Positions 26,409-32,318 of a stretch of DNA of 34,351 bases are shown here, piece after piece (position 1 is the stretch's first letter; every line of letters begins with the position of its first letter). Location: positions 1 through 34,351 of the forward strand of contig JBFMEI010000001.1 of the NCBI GenBank assembly GCA_040753295.1. Direction: 5' to 3'. Made by a program: the position numbers and the translations under genes. Below the pieces are notes generated by a model, which was not told the origin of the DNA, did no database searches, and saw nothing but the letters and a program-made list of their open reading frames with translations. This DNA is from Thermodesulfobacteriota bacterium (lineage in GTDB: Bacteria > Desulfobacterota > Desulfobacteria > Desulfobacterales > UBA2156).

Positions 26409-27114
26409 CCTCCGGCCTGAATTCCCGATAAAACCGATTCAGGGAAGACGGCGGGATTCCTGCAAAATAGAACAGAATCAACATCCAGTTTCTTAAGGTG
26501 CAGCATATGACTCCTTCCTTATCCCATCTGCGGGATGAAGTATATGCCTTCTGAGAAAGGAGGACGATTTTTTTTCGATTTTTTTTCAGGCGCCTCATCA
26601 AATCGACATCTTCCATTATGGGAATATCCCGATATCCCCCCAGTTGAAAAAATATATTCCTTCGTATGAAAATTCCCTGATCACCATAGGGGATTCTGGT
26701 GATCCGGGTTCGATAGAAAACCGCTTTTTCGATCAGTCGAAAGATGGTTCTGTTGGAACGGATCCCCAGATGAAACGTCCCTGCTGAAATTTCAGGGTGT
26801 TTCATTGCGGAGAGGATATTCCGTACCGCATCTTCGGAAATCATGGTATCCGCATGGAGGAACAGAAAGATGTCTCCCGTCGCTGTCCGCGCCCCTGTAT
26901 TCATCTGCAAGGCCCGCCCTTTTTCGCCGGACAGCCTGATCACCCGATCATCAATTATTACGGAAAGAGTTGTTCCTTCAGGATGTCCGTCAACAACAAT
27001 CACTTCAAATTCATTTTCATGCGAACCTTTTAAAGCAAACAAAGAGGAGACGGTTTCGTTGATCTGATTCGATTCATTATACGCCGGGATGATGATGGAA
27101 AGGTCGGACATCAT
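26401..27114 (-). CDS. Family-2 glycosyltransferase, TIGR04283-like clade (from memory)
   Basis: LSIIIPAYNE, VIVVDG, GRALQMNTGA, FLFLHADT, PYGDQGIFIRR, PIMEDVDLMRRLKK and SSRRW. The 3' end overlaps the convergent PilZ gene by 8 bp. Confidence 0.8.
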   Translation of the reverse strand: MMSDLSIIIPAYNESNQINETVSSLFALKGSHENEFEVIVVDGHPEGTTLSVIIDDRVIRLSGEKGRALQMNTGARTATGDIFLFLHADTMISEDAVRNILSAMKHPEISAGTFHLGIRSNRTIFRLIEKAVFYRTRITRIPYGDQGIFIRRNIFFQLGGYRDIPIMEDVDLMRRLKKNRKKIVLLSQKAYTSSRRWDKEGVICCTLRNWMLILFYFAGIPPSSLNRFYREFRPEAK

Positions 27115-27245
27115 GAAGTTGCGTAAGGATCCTTTTTATTAAAGACAGGAATCGAAATATGAACCGGATCTTTCATTGATCCGTATTTCATCATTTTTCC
27201 ATTTATATCATAATAAAATTTTAAAAAATATCCCCTGTTTTTTAC

Positions 27246-27275
27246 TTGACCTTCCGTATTTTTTTGCCCTATGGT
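27246..27275 (+). promoter_or_regulatory. Candidate promoter of the cold-shock gene
   Basis: TTGACC (27246-27251), an 18-nt spacer, then TATGGT (27270-27275). An AT-rich tract lies upstream. This implies a 5'UTR of roughly 150 nt. Confidence 0.4.
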
Positions 27276-27429
27276 TCGGTGCCGGGCGATGCTTCATGAA
27301 GGTAATGGGGATCGCCTGAAACATGGCCGGTCGAAAGAATGGTCTGCTCGCGCTGAGGAATGGTTCCTTTGAGGGCGTAACGATCGCGGCTTGTTTCAAT
27401 CCAATTAATTCTGAAAGGAGGTCATAGGT

Positions 27430-27630
27430 TTGGCAGAGGGAACAGTAAAGTGGTTTAATGACAGAAAAGGGTATGGCTTTATTAACCAAGAGAATGGTCA
27501 GGATGTGTTCGTTCATTATTCTTCTATTGATGCTCCCGGATTTAAAACCCTTTCAGAAGGGGATCGGGTCAGCTTTAATGTGGAACAGAGCGAGCGGGGC
27601 CCTGAGGCAAAAAATGTAAAAAAGCTTTAA
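27430..27630 (+). CDS. Cold-shock protein, CspA family
   Basis: [15 protein letters not shown] (RNP1) and DVFVHYS (RNP2). Length is 66 aa. TTG start lies 8 nt after AAGGAGG. Confidence 0.93.
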   Translation: MAEGTVKWFNDRKGYGFINQENGQDVFVHYSSIDAPGFKTLSEGDRVSFNVEQSERGPEAKNVKKL

Positions 27631-27651
27631 ACCAGCGTTGCCTAAAAATTA

Positions 27652-27698
27652 AGAGAAGGCATCCGGAATTCAATCCCGGATGCCTTCTCTTATTTGTT
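27652..27698 (+). terminator. Rho-independent terminator of csp
   Basis: Perfect 15-bp stem AGAGAAGGCATCCGG (27652-27666) / CCGGATGCCTTCTCT (27676-27690), a 9-nt loop, and tail TATTTGTT. Confidence 0.85.
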
Positions 27699-27847
27699 CA
27701 ATCCCTTATCGGGGAGTTGTTACCCTGATGAGCATAATCTGATTGAATTTCTATTCATTTTAAACAATCCAATTATTTTTATTATAGATGTGGATTTTCA
27801 GTCTTTTTTTCAATTTAAATGAAAGGTTATGATAATCTTCTTTTTTC

Positions 27848-27894
27848 TTGACACTGATTTTTAAATGCTGTTAAATGAATGAACATTCATTCAT
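27848..27894 (+). promoter_or_regulatory. Promoter (TTGACA-N17-TTAAAT) with overlapping palindromic operator ATGAATGAA-CA-TTCATTCAT
   Basis: -35 at 27848-27853, -10 at 27871-27876, and a 9+2+9 inverted repeat at 27875-27894. The identical 22-mer occurs again at 32249-32270. Confidence 0.7.
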
Positions 27895-27933
27895 AAAAAC
27901 TGAACTTCTTCAAAAAGGGGGTGCGCCATTCAG

Positions 27934-28569
27934 TTGAAGGAGAAAAAGAATGATAAATACAGCCGGATCCTTGAAGCAGCAATAAAAGTATTCGCTGATC
28001 AAGGTTTTTTCCAATCAACCATCTCCCAGATTGCAAGAGAAGCCGAGGTCGCTGACGGAACCATATATCTCTACTTTAAAAATAAAGACGACATCCTCAT
28101 CCAGTTCTTCAGGAATAAGACAAAACAGGTTTTTGAACGGTTTGAAGAAGCGGTAGAGAAAGGTCGGGATGCCAAAGAAAAGCTTGGGAATCTGATTCGG
28201 AAACATCTGGAAGAATTTCAGAACGATAAGAATATGGCAGTGGTTTATCAAACGGAAACTCATCAGATCAACCGGCTTGCTGAGGATCAGATCAAAGAGA
28301 TGTCAAAAATGTATTTGGATCTGATTTCCCAAATTATCGACCAGGGACAGGAAGAAGGAAGCATGAGAAAAGATCTTTACATGGGACTGGTCAAGCGTTT
28401 TATCATCGGCTCCGTGGATGAGGTCATTAACACCTGGCTGCATGCGAATGGTAAATACGATCTGGTTTCAATGGCAGATCCCCTTCTGGATCTTCTGATC
28501 AGAGGGGTGGGGAATCTGGAGCATAAGGAGAACGAAAGTCCATCACAGGTCCGACAAAAGGAGAATTGA
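27934..28569 (+). CDS. fadR: TetR-family fatty-acid-degradation repressor (Bacillus FadR/YsiA-like)
   Basis: HTH ILEAAIKVFADQGFFQSTISQIAREAEVADGTIYLYFKNKDDIL, and the C-terminal KYDLVSMADPLLDLLIRGV. Both are very close to my recollection of B. subtilis FadR (YsiA). TTG start. Confidence 0.8.
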   Translation: MKEKKNDKYSRILEAAIKVFADQGFFQSTISQIAREAEVADGTIYLYFKNKDDILIQFFRNKTKQVFERFEEAVEKGRDAKEKLGNLIRKHLEEFQNDKNMAVVYQTETHQINRLAEDQIKEMSKMYLDLISQIIDQGQEEGSMRKDLYMGLVKRFIIGSVDEVINTWLHANGKYDLVSMADPLLDLLIRGVGNLEHKENESPSQVRQKEN

Positions 28570-28570
28570 A

Positions 28571-30358
28571 ATGGATAAAAGAAAAGTTTTTTCAGGCGGA
28601 GAATTTTTAATCGAGGATGTTCTGCCCGGGGATATATTCAGTCCCGAGGAGATGACCAAGGAACATCAGATGATTTTTCAGGCGGCTGCAGATTTTGTTA
28701 AAAAAGAAATCCAGCCCAATATGGATCAAATCGAAGAGAAGGATGCGTCTTTCGCCCGAAATCTTTTTCGAATGGCCGGAGAGTTGGGATTAAACGGCAC
28801 GGATATACCGGAAGAATACGGCGGTGAGGGGATGGACAAGATCAGTACGTGCCTGGTGACGGAGGCCATGGCAAGCTCCACCGGAGCATCTTTTGCTGTT
28901 GCCCATGGTGCCCATACCGGGATCGGAACCCTTCCCATTGTCTATTTCGGCACCGAGTCTCAGAAGAAGAAATATCTCTCCAAGCTGGCTTCAGGAGAGT
29001 ATATTGCAGCATATTGTCTCACGGAGCCGAATGCCGGATCGGACGCCTTGAATTCACTGACAACCGCCACTCTTTCCGATGACGGGCGCTATTATCTGAT
29101 CAATGGGGAAAAGATCTATATTACCAACGGAGCCTGGGCCGACTTATTCATTGTCTATGCCAAGGTCAATGGAGAAAAGTTCACCGGATTTATCGTTGAA
29201 CGGGGTTTTTCCGGTTTGTCGAACGGCGCTGAAGAGAAAAAACTGGGGATCAAAGGCTCTTCCACGACTCCGATAGTTTTTAAAGATTGCCGGGTGCCTG
29301 TGGAAAACGTTCTGTTCGAAGTGGGACAGGGGCATCAGATTGCATTTAACGTTTTAAATATCGGCAGGTACAAACTTGGAGCCAGTGTGGTCGGCGGATG
29401 TAAGGTGGCCATTTCCGAAGCCTCCAAATATGCGAATATCCGAGAGCAGTTCGGAAAGAAAATTTGCATGTTCGGCATGATCAAGAATAAACTGGCTGAG
29501 ATGGCTATTCGAGCCTATATGGCCGAGTCGATGGTCTATCGAATGGCGGCGTCTCTTGAGGATATCATGAGCCGGTTGAGTCCGGATGAACGTAAACAGC
29601 CGGATTTAAATGCCCGGTCAATCGCCGAATATGCCATTGAATGCTCCATTGCAAAAGTTTACGGGAGCGAAGCGCTGGACTACTGTGTGGATGAGATGCT
29701 TCAGATCCATGGCGGAAACGGATATACGGCTGAATACCAGGCTGAGCGGATGTACCGGGATGCCAGAATCAACCGGATTTTCGAAGGGACAAACGAGATC
29801 AACCGATTGCTGATTTCAGGCACCCTTTTTCGAAGGGCCATGCAGGGAAAACTTCCTGTTCTGGATGCGGTTGCCGCTGTCAGAAAAGGAATCAAGGAAG
29901 GAACATTTGCTCCGCCTTCGGATCCGTCCCTCCTATCGTTTCAGACCCATATGGTCAGAATGAGCAAAAAAATATTTTTACTTGCTGCCGGGGTCGCCGC
30001 CAATTCATTAATGATGAAACTCCCTGAAGAACAGGAGGTCATGGAACTGCTTGCCGACATGATCATGGAAATCTATGCAATGGAGAGCGGTCTTCTCCGG
30101 GCCTTGAAGATCATTGAAAGAAAGGGCGAAAAGCTGGCGGAGTATCACGTGGCGGCCGTGACGGTATATGTAAATGAAACGATACCGAGGCTGATATTCC
30201 GGGCCGAACAGGTTCTTGCTTTTGTGGAAAAAGGGGAAGCCTTGAATACCCTCCTGGCAGCGATCGACAAACTGGCAGGATTTAAACCGGTGGATACCAT
30301 TTTGCCTAAGCGACTGATCGCGGACAAGGTCATCAAGACCAAGCGCTATCCGTTTTAA
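28571..30358 (+). CDS. fadE: Long (595 aa) acyl-CoA dehydrogenase, FadE-like
   Basis: ACAD motifs CLTEPNAGSD, YITNG and QIHGGNGY..E...RDARI..IFEGTNEI, plus a roughly 200-aa C-terminal extension. ATG lies 1 nt after the fadR stop, and AAGGAG is at 28558-28563. Confidence 0.88.
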   Translation: MDKRKVFSGGEFLIEDVLPGDIFSPEEMTKEHQMIFQAAADFVKKEIQPNMDQIEEKDASFARNLFRMAGELGLNGTDIPEEYGGEGMDKISTCLVTEAMASSTGASFAVAHGAHTGIGTLPIVYFGTESQKKKYLSKLASGEYIAAYCLTEPNAGSDALNSLTTATLSDDGRYYLINGEKIYITNGAWADLFIVYAKVNGEKFTGFIVERGFSGLSNGAEEKKLGIKGSSTTPIVFKDCRVPVENVLFEVGQGHQIAFNVLNIGRYKLGASVVGGCKVAISEASKYANIREQFGKKICMFGMIKNKLAEMAIRAYMAESMVYRMAASLEDIMSRLSPDERKQPDLNARSIAEYAIECSIAKVYGSEALDYCVDEMLQIHGGNGYTAEYQAERMYRDARINRIFEGTNEINRLLISGTLFRRAMQGKLPVLDAVAAVRKGIKEGTFAPPSDPSLLSFQTHMVRMSKKIFLLAAGVAANSLMMKLPEEQEVMELLADMIMEIYAMESGLLRALKIIERKGEKLAEYHVAAVTVYVNETIPRLIFRAEQVLAFVEKGEALNTLLAAIDKLAGFKPVDTILPKRLIADKVIKTKRYPF

Positions 30359-30378
30359 CTTGGAATTTTCAAGCCATG

Positions 30379-30418
30379 CGAAAGCCGGATCTTTATCCGG
30401 CTTTCGTTTTTGATTTTT
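30379..30418 (+). terminator. Rho-independent terminator of the fadR-fadE operon, overlapping the fadD 3' end
   Basis: 12-bp stem CGAAAGCCGGAT (30379-30390) / ATCCGGCTTTCG (30395-30406), loop CTTT, and tail TTTTTGATTTTT. Confidence 0.7.
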
Positions 30419-32090
30419 CCTGGTCTTTGAGTTCCTTTCTCAGGACCTTTCCGACACTTGACTTTGGAAGAGTTTGACGGAATTCGATTTCAGTGGGAAG
30501 CTTGTATTTGGCAAGCTTGGTCTGACAGTAGGTCAGAAATTCCTCGGCGCTTGCTGTTTCTCCTTCTTTCAGAACCACAAAGACCTTTATCGCTTCTCCC
30601 CGGGTGGGATGCGGGATTCCGATGGAACAGGCTTCCAGAACCTTTGGATGATCATAAAAAACTTCATCGATCTCTCTGGGATAGACATTATACCCTCCTG
30701 AAATGACCATATCCTTTTTCCGGTCGACAATATAAAAGTATCCTTCCGGATCCATGGTTGCAATATCTCCGGTATGGAGCCATCCGTCGGTAAGCGTCGC
30801 GGAGGTTTCGGAAGGCATATTCCAATACCCTTTCATGACCTGGGGTCCTTTGATCAGGAGTTCGCCGGGTTCTCCAACCGGCATATCCTGAGTCCAGTCA
30901 TCCAGCGCCACAATACGACAGAGCGTATCGGAGATGGGAAGTCCGATGCTTCCGACCTTCCGTTGACCTCCAAACGGGTTCACATGGGTAACGGGCGTGG
31001 CTTCTGTGAGTCCGAATCCTTCCACGATGATGGCGCCGGTTTTTTGCTCAAACGCCCGGATGACTTCCACAGGGAGCGGCGCACTTCCTGAGAAACATCC
31101 TTTAATGGAGGTCAAATCGGTTTTATCAATATCCGGATGATTCAGAATTCCGATATACATGGTGGGAACGAGCGGTGCAAAGGTCGGCTTGAATTTCCGG
31201 ATGGCCTCTAATAAGGGTTCGGGCTGAGGTTTTGGAACAAGAATCTGACCCCATCCCATAAAAACTGAAAAGTTCATGGCTGCAGAAAGTCCGAAGACAT
31301 GAAAATAGGGAAGCGCACCCAGCATGATCTCTTTCCCTTTTTCAAACTGTGGAAACCAGGCCGATAGCTGTTGAACCTGCTTACTCAGGTTTTCATGGGT
31401 CAGGATGACCCCCTTTGAAACGCCTGTTGTTCCACCGGTGTATTGAAACATGGCGATATCTTCAAAGGAAATCATTACCGGTTTGGGATCCTGAGAGGAC
31501 TTTGCTATCACCGATTTCCATTTATATACGTCCGGAGCATCCTTGACATCAGCGGCAAGCTTTTTTTTCTTGGCGACAAGAGGGAAGAGAAGACTTTTTG
31601 GAAAAGGGAGATAATCGCCGATGGAGGTATAGATGATGGTCTTGATGCCGGTTTTTGGCCTCAGATCGATCATCCGGTTGCCTAACAGATCCAGGGTGAC
31701 AAGCAGTTTTGAGTTTGAGTCATTGAACTGATGTTCCAGTTCGCGGTCCGAATACAGGGGGTTATTCATCACAGCGATGCCGCCGATCTTAAGTGTGGCA
31801 TAATAGCTGACGATACAGGGGATAAGATTCGGGAGAAGAATGGCGACCCGATCCCCTTTTTGAATTCCGAATTCCTGAAGCGCTGCTGCAAAGCGGTTGA
31901 CCATGGCGTTCAGATCACGAAAAGTGATGGAATATCCTTGAAATGAAAGCGCCATAAGGGACGGGAACTTCACGGCCGATTCAACCAAAAACTCCGGCAG
32001 GCATTTTTTTTCATAGTTGAGTTGTTGAGGGACCTCTTTTTCATAACTGGTAATCCAGGGTTTATCATGATATGATCTAAACTCGTTCAT
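30393..32090 (-). CDS. fadD: Long-chain-fatty-acid--CoA ligase
   Basis: AMP-binding motif MFQYTGGTTGVSKG, GYGLTE-like FGLTEA, TGD (HTGDIA) and C-terminal LPKSSVGKVLRKEL. Length is 565 aa. Confidence 0.9.
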   Translation of the reverse strand: MNEFRSYHDKPWITSYEKEVPQQLNYEKKCLPEFLVESAVKFPSLMALSFQGYSITFRDLNAMVNRFAAALQEFGIQKGDRVAILLPNLIPCIVSYYATLKIGGIAVMNNPLYSDRELEHQFNDSNSKLLVTLDLLGNRMIDLRPKTGIKTIIYTSIGDYLPFPKSLLFPLVAKKKKLAADVKDAPDVYKWKSVIAKSSQDPKPVMISFEDIAMFQYTGGTTGVSKGVILTHENLSKQVQQLSAWFPQFEKGKEIMLGALPYFHVFGLSAAMNFSVFMGWGQILVPKPQPEPLLEAIRKFKPTFAPLVPTMYIGILNHPDIDKTDLTSIKGCFSGSAPLPVEVIRAFEQKTGAIIVEGFGLTEATPVTHVNPFGGQRKVGSIGLPISDTLCRIVALDDWTQDMPVGEPGELLIKGPQVMKGYWNMPSETSATLTDGWLHTGDIATMDPEGYFYIVDRKKDMVISGGYNVYPREIDEVFYDHPKVLEACSIGIPHPTRGEAIKVFVVLKEGETASAEEFLTYCQTKLAKYKLPTEIEFRQTLPKSSVGKVLRKELKDQEKSKTKAG

Positions 32091-32224
32091 CGGGCACCCC
32101 CTTCGGATGGTTTTGAATTAACAGATAATGGCATGCGGTATTATTCTCATGATGCACGGATATGAATCATTTAAATAGAATTAAGAATGTCCTTTTGTCA
32201 ACCGAACAGATTTTGATTTTTTTC

Positions 32225-32270
32225 TTGACAGAAAAATGGGTATTTGTAAAATGAATGAACATTCATTCAT
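32225..32270 (+). promoter_or_regulatory. Second promoter (TTGACA-N16-TAAAAT) with the same palindromic operator
   Basis: -35 at 32225-32230, -10 at 32247-32252, and the operator at 32251-32270 (arms extend to 10 bp here). It lies in the divergent fadD/fadF intergenic region. Confidence 0.7.
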
Positions 32271-32318
32271 TATAGGGATAGCGATAATTGCAACGATTGA
32301 AAAGAAAGAATTCTAAAT

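Noticed and set aside
27397-27407. The 11-mer CAATCCAATTA is repeated at 27765-27775, flanking the csp gene.
   Set aside because: It is short and AT-rich, with no extended similarity and no target-site-duplication or inverted-repeat context that would suggest a mobile element.
27744-27757. TGAAT-N4-ATTCA about 100 bp upstream of the fadR promoter, and ATGAATCAT at 32162-32170, considered as extra operators.
   Set aside because: These are only 5-bp or 4-bp arms in very AT-rich DNA, which is within chance expectation. They are mentioned only as weak auxiliary candidates.
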